A stretch of DNA of 64,000 nucleotides from Bacteroidia bacterium. GTDB taxonomy: Bacteria > Bacteroidota > Bacteroidia > M30B66. Location: the NCBI GenBank assembly GCA_965279035.1, contig OZ257142.1, forward strand, positions 2,080,001 through 2,144,000, read 5' to 3'. Below the pieces are notes generated by a model, which saw nothing but the letters and a program-made list of their open reading frames with translations, had not been told where the DNA came from and made no database searches. A program made the position numbers and the translations under genes. Shown piece after piece: positions 53,831 through 63,201 of this stretch (position 1 is the first letter of the stretch; the number at the start of each line of letters is the position of its first letter).

Positions 53831-54673
53831 ATGTATATGAATGTTTCTACACGATTCTATAAAACTGTTGTTCTTTCGATTTTATGCATTGTTTTTAGTT
53901 TGATACTTTCTAATCTAAAAGCACAAATTCCAGTTTCTACTATAAATGTTGTTCGACAAGTAGTTGATACACGTCAAATTATAATAGATAAACTTGATCA
54001 ATCGATGATTTTTGTTGAAGGAGGGACTTTTCAAATGGGAGCAACACCTGATCAAGGAACAGATTGTTCTAAGGATGAATTACCTGTTCATTCTGTTCAG
54101 ATATCCGATTTTTACATGCTAAAAACCGAAGTAACACAAGAACTTTGGTTAGCAATCATGGAAAGTAATCCATCCTCTAATCAACGAAGCAATCAATTCC
54201 CATTAGAAAATGTAACTCGTGCAGATGTTGATGCTTTTATTAAGAGATTAAACTTTTTGACTTGCAAGAATTATCGTTTGCCCACAGAAGCTGAATGGGA
54301 ATATGCTGCTCGTGGTGGAAAGAAAAGTCGTCATCTGCTTTACAGTGGATCTTCTGATGCCAATTTAGTTTCTTGGAATAACGTAAATGCAAATGGAAAG
54401 AGCCATATTGTGGGTACCAAACAAGCAAATGAATTAGGTTTAAACGACTTAAGTGGCAATGTGTGGGAATATTGCTCCGATTGGTATGCTCCTTATTCTG
54501 CCGAACTTGTTGTTAATCCCAAAGGTCCAGCAAATGGTACCGAATTCATAGTCCGTGGCGGTAGTTGGGCAGGATCTTCTTGGTTATGCCGAAATTCTCT
54601 ACGGTTTCATTTCTCTACCGATTTCAAAAGTCCTTATGTGGGATTTCGCCTTGTAGAAGTGAAGAAAAAATAA
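53831..54673 (+). CDS. FGE-sulfatase (SUMF1/EgtB/PvdO) domain secreted protein
   Basis: Signal peptide, GGTFQMG, RLPTEAEWEYAARGG, GNVWE, RGGSW, GFRL. Confidence 0.9.
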   Translation: MYMNVSTRFYKTVVLSILCIVFSLILSNLKAQIPVSTINVVRQVVDTRQIIIDKLDQSMIFVEGGTFQMGATPDQGTDCSKDELPVHSVQISDFYMLKTEVTQELWLAIMESNPSSNQRSNQFPLENVTRADVDAFIKRLNFLTCKNYRLPTEAEWEYAARGGKKSRHLLYSGSSDANLVSWNNVNANGKSHIVGTKQANELGLNDLSGNVWEYCSDWYAPYSAELVVNPKGPANGTEFIVRGGSWAGSSWLCRNSLRFHFSTDFKSPYVGFRLVEVKKK

Positions 54674-54705
54674 TTTGCTTCCATTTCATAAAAAATGAAA
54701 TAAGG

Positions 54706-54717
54706 TATGCATGCATA
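54706..54717. promoter_or_regulatory. Candidate MarR operator
   Basis: Perfect palindrome TATGCATGCATA 24 bp upstream of the MarR start. Confidence 0.55.
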
Positions 54718-54741
54718 ACAAATCTTTTTTAGGTTTGTGTC

Positions 54742-55182
54742 ATGAAGCCGACCGAGACTGTCGATTATGTGATTAAAACAGCATGGCATGCGATACAACG
54801 TATGTATAATGCGGAGGCGGCTAAACATAACAGTACCATTGCAGTAGGTTTTGTACTATTGAATATTGATGTCCAATTTGGGACACCTGCAACTAAAATA
54901 GCACCCTTAATCGGACTTGAAACCCGAAGTTTAACACGGATGCTGAAGAATCTCGAAGAAAACGGAATTATTTATCGGAAAAGCGAGGATCGTGACAAAC
55001 GACTCGTTCGGATTTTTCTTACCGATTTGGGCAAGGAAAAACGTGAGGCTGCTCGAAATACCGTTTTAACTTTCAACCATCTTATTCATAATCGTATCTC
55101 TGAGGAAAAACTTAGTATCTTTTTCGAGGTGATGAATGAAATACTAGTATCCACCGGAAATGGTAAAAACGAAAATGCATGA
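54742..55182 (+). CDS. MarR family transcriptional regulator
   Basis: SLTRMLKNLEENGII.R....DKR.VRIFLTDLG winged helix. Confidence 0.92.
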   Translation: MKPTETVDYVIKTAWHAIQRMYNAEAAKHNSTIAVGFVLLNIDVQFGTPATKIAPLIGLETRSLTRMLKNLEENGIIYRKSEDRDKRLVRIFLTDLGKEKREAARNTVLTFNHLIHNRISEEKLSIFFEVMNEILVSTGNGKNENA

Positions 55183-57584
55183 AACGACTTATCCGTAAAG
55201 TTGCAGTTCTTGGCTCAGGTGTAATGGGCTCTCGCATTGCTTGTCACTTCGCTAATATTGGAGTAGAAGTTCTCCTTCTTGATATAGTTCCTCCTCAGCT
55301 AAACGATGCCGAAGCAGCAAAAGGGCTAACAGTGGATAATCCCGCTGTAAGAAATAGAATTGTAAATGATGCCCTAGCTTTTGCGCTTAAATCAAAACCA
55401 TCACCTGTTTATTCAGCGGATGTTGCTAAACGGATCAAAACTGGAAATTTCACCGATGATATGAAGCTTATTGCAGAATGTGATTGGGTGATTGAGGTAG
55501 TGGTGGAACGTTTAGACATCAAGAAAACTGTTTTTGATCAAGTTGAAAAGTTCCGTAAACCTGGAACACTTATTACTTCTAATACTTCAGGTATTCCAAT
55601 TGGAATGATGGCGGAAGAAAGATCAGATGATTTTAAAAAACATTTCTGTGGTACGCACTTCTTCAATCCACCACGTTATCTAAAATTATTGGAGATCATT
55701 CCAACACCATTCACAGATTCTTCCGTTGTTGATTTTCTGATGAATTATGGTGATCTCTTTCTTGGGAAAACCACCGTACTAGCGAAAGACACACCTGCAT
55801 TTATTGCCAACCGCATCGGTGTATTTGGCATTTTGGCGCTTTTTCATCTAGTGAAAGAGATGGATTTAACGGTGGAAGAAGTAGACAAACTTACCGGTCC
55901 CGTTCTTGGTCGCCCGAAATCGGCTACGTTTAGAACTACAGATGTGGTTGGTTTAGACACACTTGTGAATGTGGCAAATGGGTTAAAAGCAAATTGTCAG
56001 AACGATGAGCAAAAAGCGTTGTTCGAATTGTCCGAATATGTCCTGAAAATGAATGAGAATAAGTGGTTGGGAGATAAAACCGGACAAGGATTTTACAAGA
56101 AATCGAAAGGAGCAGGAGGGAAGTCGGAAATTTTAGCTTTGGATTTAAACACCTTAGAATATCGTCCTCAAAACAAAGTGAAATTCGCCACTTTGGAATC
56201 GACCAAAACCATTGAAAAACTCAGTGATCGCTACAAAGTATTAGTTAGTGGAAAAGATAAAGCTGGGGAGTTTTACCGCAAATCCTTCTTCCTTTTATTT
56301 GCTTACGTGTCGAATCGAATTCCTGAAATAGCTAATGAGCTTTTCCGAATCGATGAAGCTATGAAAGCTGGCTTTGGCTGGGAAGTCGGTCCATTCGAAA
56401 GCTGGGATTATATTGGAGTGGCCGATGCTGTAAAAGGCATGGAAGCAATGAATATGAAGCCAGCTCAATGGGTGTATGATTTTCTTAGCAGTGGAAATAC
56501 CAGCTTTTTCAAGATTGAAGGTGGAAAGAAATTGTATTATGATATTCCTTCAAAAACGTACCTTCCTGTTCCAGGCTATGAATCCTTTATCATATTAGAT
56601 CATATCCGCCAGGAAAAAACACTTTGGAAAAATACAGGCACGACCTTAAGTGATTTAGGTGATGGAATTCTGAATTTGGAGTTTCATACTAAAATGAACT
56701 CTATTGGAAGCGACGTCCTGATGGGAATTCAGAAAGCCATTGAAGTTGCAGAAAAGGAATATCGTGGATTAGTGATTGGAAACGATGCTCCAAATTTCTC
56801 TGCTGGAGCAAATCTAGCTATGTTGTTTATGATGGCTGTTGAACAAGAATGGGACGAACTTGATTTTTCAATTCGAGCATTCCAAAATACCATGATGCGT
56901 GTGCGTTATTCTTCTATTCCTGTTGTGACAGCTCCACATGGTTTGTCGCTCGGTGGAGGATGTGAAATAAATCTACATGCTGATAAAGTAGTTGCTGCTG
57001 CAGAAACATACATTGGATTAGTAGAGTTTGGAGTTGGACTTATCCCCGGTGGTGGCGGAACTAAAGAATTTGCCCTACGTGCCTCAGATGCTTACCGCGA
57101 CGGTGACATCCAGCTAAATGTATTGCGCGATCGATTCTTAACTATTGGTCAAGCAAAAGTTAGTACATCAGCTACTGAAGCATTTGACTTAGGAATACTT
57201 CGAAAAGGACACGACGAAATCATCCCTAATTCGCAACGTGTAATTGCTGAAGCGAAACGAGCTGCCATTGAAATAGCTGAAGCTGGATATACTCAACCCG
57301 TTCATCGTAAAGATATTCGCGTATTAGGTCGAACAGGATTAGGAATGGTATACGTAGGCGCCAATACCATGTTCAGCGGACATTATATCTCAGAACATGA
57401 CCGTAAAATCTCCGAAAAACTAGGATATGTGCTTTGTGGCGGCGATTTATCTCAACCAACCGACGTGAGCGAACAATATTTACTTGATCTCGAACGCGAA
57501 GTTTTCCTCAGCCTTTGCGGAGAACGCAAAACATTAGAACGCGTTCAGAGCATTTTAACGAGTGGGAAGGTGCTTAGGAATTGA
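55179..57584 (+). CDS. 3-hydroxyacyl-CoA dehydrogenase/enoyl-CoA hydratase (FadN-like)
   Basis: GSGVMGS, SNTSG, HFFNPPRY, FSAGANL, GGGCE. Confidence 0.93.
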   Translation: MKRLIRKVAVLGSGVMGSRIACHFANIGVEVLLLDIVPPQLNDAEAAKGLTVDNPAVRNRIVNDALAFALKSKPSPVYSADVAKRIKTGNFTDDMKLIAECDWVIEVVVERLDIKKTVFDQVEKFRKPGTLITSNTSGIPIGMMAEERSDDFKKHFCGTHFFNPPRYLKLLEIIPTPFTDSSVVDFLMNYGDLFLGKTTVLAKDTPAFIANRIGVFGILALFHLVKEMDLTVEEVDKLTGPVLGRPKSATFRTTDVVGLDTLVNVANGLKANCQNDEQKALFELSEYVLKMNENKWLGDKTGQGFYKKSKGAGGKSEILALDLNTLEYRPQNKVKFATLESTKTIEKLSDRYKVLVSGKDKAGEFYRKSFFLLFAYVSNRIPEIANELFRIDEAMKAGFGWEVGPFESWDYIGVADAVKGMEAMNMKPAQWVYDFLSSGNTSFFKIEGGKKLYYDIPSKTYLPVPGYESFIILDHIRQEKTLWKNTGTTLSDLGDGILNLEFHTKMNSIGSDVLMGIQKAIEVAEKEYRGLVIGNDAPNFSAGANLAMLFMMAVEQEWDELDFSIRAFQNTMMRVRYSSIPVVTAPHGLSLGGGCEINLHADKVVAAAETYIGLVEFGVGLIPGGGGTKEFALRASDAYRDGDIQLNVLRDRFLTIGQAKVSTSATEAFDLGILRKGHDEIIPNSQRVIAEAKRAAIEIAEAGYTQPVHRKDIRVLGRTGLGMVYVGANTMFSGHYISEHDRKISEKLGYVLCGGDLSQPTDVSEQYLLDLEREVFLSLCGERKTLERVQSILTSGKVLRN

Positions 57585-57589
57585 TAAAT

Positions 57590-57620
57590 AGCATTAAGTA
57601 ATAAGAATTAAGTATCAAGA
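57590..57620 (+). repeat. Heptamer array upstream of the four-helix-bundle gene
   Basis: A-GCATTAA-GTAATAA-GAATTAA-GTATCAA-GA; inverted relative to 58026-58056 (23/31 identical). Confidence 0.7.
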
Positions 57621-57632
57621 AAATAGTACAAT

Positions 57633-58031
57633 ATGCATGATGTAACGAAATTGAGAATATGGGATAAAGCCCTTGAATTGGCAGAGAAAGTTTATTCTTT
57701 GACAGCTGGATTTCCAAGAGAGGAATCTTATGGATTGTCCTCACAAATGAAACGAGCAGTAGTTTCAATAGGATCCAACATAGCTGAAGGAGCTGGTCGA
57801 AATTCAAATCGAGAGTTTTACCAATTCATTGGTATTTCGTGCGGATCTGCAAGTGAATTAAGATTTCAAATTGAACTGAGTTATCGTTGCTTATTTATTA
57901 TTTCTGATCAACGAGATGAGCTAATTAGTGATATTGACTACATACTGCGAATGAATTTTAGACTTCAATCTAGAATTCGTTCAGAAGAAAATGATCGAAA
58001 TAAGCGAAATTCCCCTAGACAAGGGTCTTAA
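57633..58031 (+). CDS. Four helix bundle protein (23S rRNA IVP / Avd-like family)
   Basis: L.IWDKA, FPREESYGLSSQMKRAVVSIGSNIAEGAGR, GSASEL. Confidence 0.92.
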   Translation: MHDVTKLRIWDKALELAEKVYSLTAGFPREESYGLSSQMKRAVVSIGSNIAEGAGRNSNREFYQFIGISCGSASELRFQIELSYRCLFIISDQRDELISDIDYILRMNFRLQSRIRSEENDRNKRNSPRQGS

Positions 58032-58056
58032 TACCTAATACAAAATACTCAATACT
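58026..58056 (+). repeat. Heptamer array downstream of the four-helix-bundle gene
   Basis: TC-TTAATAC-CTAATAC-AAAATAC-TCAATAC-T. Confidence 0.7.
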
Positions 58057-58063
58057 GATAACA

Positions 58064-59242
58064 ATGAGTACAGCATACATAGTAGCCGGATTCCGAACAG
58101 CGGTGGCAAAGGCGCCACGGGGATTATTTCGTTTTACTCGTCCGGATGATTTGGCGGCGAGGGTGATTGAACATTTGATGCAATCGGTGCCAGAATTGGA
58201 CAAAGATCGGGTCGATGATGTGATCGTTGGAAATGCTACACCAGAGGCGGAACAAGGACTCAATATTGGTCGAATGATTTCGCTCATGGGCTTGAAAACC
58301 GATAAGGTTCCTGGCATGACGGTTAATCGTTACTGTGCATCTGGATTGGAGACGATTTCGATCGCAACAGCTAAGATTCAAACTGGAATGGCCGATTGTA
58401 TTATTGCGGGTGGAGTAGAGAGCATGTCACCTATCCCTTTTGGAGGATGGAAAATTGTTCCGAATTACGAGGTGGCTAAAAACAATCCCGACTATTATTG
58501 GGGAATGGGTTTAACTGCCGAAGCTGTAGCTCGTGAATATAATATCAGTCGTGAAGATCAGGATGCATTTTCGTTGGAATCACACCGAAGAGCTGTGGAT
58601 GCAATTAAATCGGGAAGATTTAAAGATGATATAGTTCCAGTAACAGTAGAAGAGATTTTTCTAGACAATAAAGAAAAACGTAAAACCCGCAGCTTTGTAG
58701 TTGATACAGATGAAGGTCCTCGTGCAGATTCAACTTTAGACATGTTGGCGAAATTAAAACCTGTATTTGCAGCTGATGGAGTTGTAACAGCAGGTAATTC
58801 ATCTCAAACTTCCGACGGTGCTGCATTTGTGATGGTGATGTCTGAAAAGATGGTTAACGAATTAGGTTTGAAACCAATAGCTCGTTTAGTCACTTATCAA
58901 GTAGCAGGAGTTCCACCACGCATCATGGGAATTGGACCAATTGAAGCAATTCCAAAAGCTTTGAAAGCAGCAGGAATGACATTAGATAAACTCGATTTAA
59001 TAGAATTAAACGAAGCATTCGCCTCTCAATCATTGGCTATTATTCGCATACTTGGATTAGATACCAAAAAACTGAATGTGAACGGTGGTGCCATTGCTTT
59101 AGGGCATCCATTGGGATGTTCAGGGGCCAAGCTTACCGTCCAACTTCTAAATGAGCTGAAACGTCGTGATCAGAAATACGGCATGGTTACCATGTGTGTA
59201 GGAACGGGTCAAGGTGCAGCAGGAATTTTCGAACGCTTATAA
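58064..59242 (+). CDS. fadA: Acetyl-CoA C-acyltransferase (thiolase)
   Basis: [25 protein letters not shown]. Confidence 0.93.
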   Translation: MSTAYIVAGFRTAVAKAPRGLFRFTRPDDLAARVIEHLMQSVPELDKDRVDDVIVGNATPEAEQGLNIGRMISLMGLKTDKVPGMTVNRYCASGLETISIATAKIQTGMADCIIAGGVESMSPIPFGGWKIVPNYEVAKNNPDYYWGMGLTAEAVAREYNISREDQDAFSLESHRRAVDAIKSGRFKDDIVPVTVEEIFLDNKEKRKTRSFVVDTDEGPRADSTLDMLAKLKPVFAADGVVTAGNSSQTSDGAAFVMVMSEKMVNELGLKPIARLVTYQVAGVPPRIMGIGPIEAIPKALKAAGMTLDKLDLIELNEAFASQSLAIIRILGLDTKKLNVNGGAIALGHPLGCSGAKLTVQLLNELKRRDQKYGMVTMCVGTGQGAAGIFERL

Positions 59243-59276
59243 TTTTCTTTTACCACGTATTCCAATTCACAACAAC

Positions 59277-61067
59277 ATGGAAACAAGCAATAAATCATCC
59301 TTAAAAGGCGGTGAATTTTTAATCCGCGAGAGTGAAGCAACTTCGGTTTTTATTCCAGAAGAATGGAACGAAGAACAACGCATGATTGCCCAATCGGCGC
59401 AAGATTTTTTAGATGCAGAAGTTCATCCAAATCTCGACCGAATTGATAAAATGGAACCCGGTCTGATGCATTCATTGCTAACTAAAGCCGGCGAGCTTGG
59501 ATTGATGGGCGTTTCGGTTCCAGAGGAATATGGTGGATTTGGAAAAGACTTTAATACTTCGATGCTTGTGGCAGAAGTTGCCGGAGCGGGATTTTCTTTT
59601 GCAGTAGCACTTTCGGCTCATACAGGAATTGGGACTCTTCCCATATTGTATTACGGTAATGAAGCTCAAAAACAGAAGTATATTCCCAAATTAACTACTG
59701 GAGAGTGGAAAGCTTCCTATTGTCTAACTGAGCCAGGTTCGGGTTCTGATGCAAATAGTGGAAAAACGAAAGCTAAATTGTCGGATGATGGAAAACACTA
59801 TATCATCAATGGACAAAAAATGTGGATCACCAATGGTGGCTTTGCAGATGTGTATACTGTATTTGCTAAGATTGATGATGATGAGAATTTGACTGCATTT
59901 ATTGTAGAGCGAAATTTTCCAGGCTTATCGTTGAATGAAGAAGAGAAAAAGATGGGTATTAAAGGCTCATCTACTGTTCAGGTTTTCTTTAACGATTGCA
60001 TGGTTCCGGTTGAGAATATGCTTTCGGATCGTCAGAATGGATTTAAGATAGCCGTGAACATATTGAACATTGGTCGAATTAAATTGGCTGCAGCTGCCAT
60101 TGGTGGCTGCAAACAATGCATTTCGACTGCTATAAATTATGCGAATGAGCGGGAGCAATTTGGTCGTCCGATTTCTAAATACGGAGCTATTCGTCATAAA
60201 ATGGCAGAAATGGCAATAAGAACATTTGCAAGTGAGACTGCAGTGTATCGTTTAGGACAAAATATCGATGATGCATTTGATGCTTTAGTAGCTGGCGGAA
60301 TGGAACCTGGTAAAGCTAAATTGAAAAGTGTAGAGCAATTTGCAGTTGAGTGTGCTATCATGAAGGTACATGGATCTGAAACTTTAGATTATGTAGTGGA
60401 TGAAGGAGTTCAGATATATGGTGGAATGGGTTATTCGGCCGAAGCACCTATGGATCGTGCTTATCGCGATGCTCGGATTAACCGAATTTTTGAAGGCACC
60501 AACGAAATTAACCGCATGTTGACAGTTGATATGATGCTGAAGCGTGCGATGAAAGGTGAGCTAGATTTAATGGGCCCAGCAACTGCTGTAGCTCAAGAAT
60601 TGATGGCCATTCCTGATTTTGGTGTACAAGATGATGCTCCATTTGCTGCAGAGAAGCGTACCATTGCAAACTTTAAAAAAGCAGTTTTAATGGTTGCGGG
60701 ATCTGCAGTTCAAAAGCTCATGATGACCTTAGCTAAAGAGCAAGAAATACTCATGAACATAGCAGATATGATGATTGAAGTTTATGTGGCCGAATCAATT
60801 TTGTTACGTGCCGAAAAAGTGACTTTGAATTATGGTGAAGCAGATGGTGCACTAAAGACATCAATGATGAAAGTGTATATAAATGACGCTGCAGACCGAA
60901 TTCACATTGCTGGCAAGAATGCACTGAACGCTTTTGCAGAAGGCGATGAGCAACGGATGATGTTGATGGGTTTAAGAAGATTTACAAAAGTAGCACCTTT
61001 GAATACCAAAGAATTGCGTCAACAAATAGCATTAAAACTTATTGAGGAAAATTCATATTGTTTTTAA
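59277..61067 (+). CDS. Acyl-CoA dehydrogenase (long chain, FadE-like)
   Basis: KGGEFL N-terminus, YCLTEPGSGSDA, QIYGGMG, IFEGTNEINR. Confidence 0.93.
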   Translation: METSNKSSLKGGEFLIRESEATSVFIPEEWNEEQRMIAQSAQDFLDAEVHPNLDRIDKMEPGLMHSLLTKAGELGLMGVSVPEEYGGFGKDFNTSMLVAEVAGAGFSFAVALSAHTGIGTLPILYYGNEAQKQKYIPKLTTGEWKASYCLTEPGSGSDANSGKTKAKLSDDGKHYIINGQKMWITNGGFADVYTVFAKIDDDENLTAFIVERNFPGLSLNEEEKKMGIKGSSTVQVFFNDCMVPVENMLSDRQNGFKIAVNILNIGRIKLAAAAIGGCKQCISTAINYANEREQFGRPISKYGAIRHKMAEMAIRTFASETAVYRLGQNIDDAFDALVAGGMEPGKAKLKSVEQFAVECAIMKVHGSETLDYVVDEGVQIYGGMGYSAEAPMDRAYRDARINRIFEGTNEINRMLTVDMMLKRAMKGELDLMGPATAVAQELMAIPDFGVQDDAPFAAEKRTIANFKKAVLMVAGSAVQKLMMTLAKEQEILMNIADMMIEVYVAESILLRAEKVTLNYGEADGALKTSMMKVYINDAADRIHIAGKNALNAFAEGDEQRMMLMGLRRFTKVAPLNTKELRQQIALKLIEENSYCF

Positions 61068-61214
61068 ACTCAATTCATATTGGGAAATAGGAAATGAAAC
61101 ATTTTATCAATTCAAGTGTTTGCTTATTAGTGCTTTGTAAATTAATATCAACATTTCTGAGTTGATAATCAATTGAGTCCATGTAAGTAAGTTGAATATT
61201 TTAATTTTGCATGC

Positions 61215-61342
61215 AGGATAAGAGTGACTAACGTTGCTCAGGTTTATCCTAGTCATCGAAAGATGATTGAAAACAAAAAAAAGTTAAGGTTAGGTTAATT
61301 TTTTTGTTTTGCCGGTCTCGCTTGCGGGACCGGATTTTTTTT
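61215..61342 (+). ncRNA. Candidate structured small RNA (about 130 nt)
   Basis: TAATTTTG -7 box at 61202-61209, three consecutive hairpins and a terminator; no ORF downstream on this strand. Confidence 0.55.
61312..61342 (+). terminator. Intrinsic terminator
   Basis: CCGGTCTCGC-tt-GCGGGACCGG-ATTTTTTTT. Confidence 0.88.
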
Positions 61343-61356
61343 GACCAATTAGTAAA

Positions 61357-62496
61357 TCAAAAGTGATTGAGAAAATCGATTTCCTTTTGAATGCAATTCC
61401 AAAGAAAATGGGATGTTTTATCCCAAGAGAATTCATTTATTCTTTTATTTCCTTTTTCGATTAACATTTTTTGTAAATCGGGTGATTGATTTAACTCAAT
61501 CATTTTCATAGTAATGTCATCCACATCAAATGGATTGGCTAATAAAGCTGCTTTCCCAGCCACTTCAGGCATAGAAGTGACATTGGATGTAATAACTGGA
61601 ATTCCAGCTGAGAAAGCTTCTAAAATGGGAATTCCGAATCCTTCAAAAGTGGGTACAAACGTTAAGGCTTTGGCTGCTGAAAGAACTTTATGTAATTCTT
61701 CTGGTTGTAGTCGTCCAGCAAATAGAATTTCGTTTTTAAATTGAAGATTTTGAAACACATTTTCATGTTCCTGATCCCACCATTTTTTTTCTCCAACAAC
61801 TAGTAATTGAACATCTGATTTAGATTTTTCTTTAAAGCGATCAAATGCTTGCATCAAACGAATCAGGTTTTTTCTAGGAATGATTAATCCAACGAATAGA
61901 AAATATGATTTTCCATTTGTGAAATGTGTTCGAGTTTGTTCGTTGATTTCATCTCCTAATGGCTGATATCGTGTATTGTAGCCATTCAAAGTCACATCAA
62001 TTTTGTTTGGAGCAATGCCATAACTTTTTATGATGTCTTGTTTGGTGTATTCCGAAACGGTGGCTATTCGAGCTGCTTTTGCTGCATATCGTGGAAAGAA
62101 AGTATTGTAATACCAACGAACTATGAGCGGAAGTTGTTCCGGATGATGATGGAAATTTAAATCATGTATTACAGCAATCTGAGGAACTTGGGTTCGCAAT
62201 GATAATGTCCCATCAGGACTCAAAAATAAATCGACTTGGTGTTTTTTCAACAAGCGTGGAATTTGCCATTCAAACCAAGGGAAGAATAGGAAAATATGAC
62301 GTGTTGGCGGTCCTGCATATATTGCTTGAACATTCGGAGCAAAAACAAATTCCTCACTAAATGGGCGATCGAATATAAAAAGAAACTCGTGTTCGGGATG
62401 CGCAAGCGTGATACGACGTAGTATTTCGAAAGTAAACCAACCGATTCCTTCGAGTTTTCCCGACTGCAGCAAACGAGTATTAACAGCTATACGCAC
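61357..62496 (-). CDS. Glycosyltransferase family 4
   Basis: IHDL, TVSEYTK, RKN, EGFGIPILEA. Confidence 0.92.
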   Translation of the reverse strand: MRIAVNTRLLQSGKLEGIGWFTFEILRRITLAHPEHEFLFIFDRPFSEEFVFAPNVQAIYAGPPTRHIFLFFPWFEWQIPRLLKKHQVDLFLSPDGTLSLRTQVPQIAVIHDLNFHHHPEQLPLIVRWYYNTFFPRYAAKAARIATVSEYTKQDIIKSYGIAPNKIDVTLNGYNTRYQPLGDEINEQTRTHFTNGKSYFLFVGLIIPRKNLIRLMQAFDRFKEKSKSDVQLLVVGEKKWWDQEHENVFQNLQFKNEILFAGRLQPEELHKVLSAAKALTFVPTFEGFGIPILEAFSAGIPVITSNVTSMPEVAGKAALLANPFDVDDITMKMIELNQSPDLQKMLIEKGNKRINEFSWDKTSHFLWNCIQKEIDFLNHF

Positions 62497-62501
62497 AATA
62501 T

Positions 62502-63200
62502 TTAGCGAAGTACAAATTGAATCCCAGCCTGAATTCGAGGTAATTCAGCCATTTTCAAAGAAGGATAAAACATATCTGATAAACGATATTGACCGTAAAT
62601 GACTAGTTTCTTAAATCCAATGCGAGCAAGTAAACCATAATTAAAATGTTGAAAATAATCGAGTTGTGTTCTACGTGCTCGTACGATTGAACCATCTGGC
62701 AGACTGTATTTTGTATACTGAACATGTGACATAACATATTCTCCATAAGCACCCAAATCGAGGTAGTTTCCTAAAGTATTTCCTCTTTTTCCAAAGTTTA
62801 TGCGCACATATGCTCCAACCTGAGCATTGTAAAATATCATTCTCTGCTTTTTGTATTGAACGGTGTCAGGAAGTGTTTTTGACGCATTTTGTTTGAGTGA
62901 AAAATCGTTTACGTTGTACGAAATATCTAAACCTACAGCAATGTGTTCAGCTAAACGATTTTTGTAACGATATCCAAAGCTAAACTGATCAAGATGAGGT
63001 TGCTTAACAGTTGCTCCAGCACTTCCCGGATCGATACACATTCCAAAACTCATAAACGGATGCCAATAGTTTTTAAGGTTAGGACCTGATTTAGCTTCTG
63101 ATGTATCAACAGCCGGATTCATTTTTAAAACAATTTCTTGAGCAATTAATATATTCAAATTGCATAGAATGAAAACTATAGTATTGAGGGTTTTATTCAT
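62502..63200 (-). CDS. Outer membrane beta-barrel protein (putative)
   Basis: Signal peptide from MNKTLN (63200), alternating aromatic strands, C-terminal ELPRIQAGIQF. Confidence 0.6.
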   Translation of the reverse strand: MNKTLNTIVFILCNLNILIAQEIVLKMNPAVDTSEAKSGPNLKNYWHPFMSFGMCIDPGSAGATVKQPHLDQFSFGYRYKNRLAEHIAVGLDISYNVNDFSLKQNASKTLPDTVQYKKQRMIFYNAQVGAYVRINFGKRGNTLGNYLDLGAYGEYVMSHVQYTKYSLPDGSIVRARRTQLDYFQHFNYGLLARIGFKKLVIYGQYRLSDMFYPSLKMAELPRIQAGIQFVLR

Positions 63201-63201
63201 T

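Noticed and set aside
53831-58031. Complete diversity-generating retroelement (FGE target plus Avd-like gene)
   Set aside because: No reverse transcriptase or template repeat, and the two genes are separated by unrelated fad genes.
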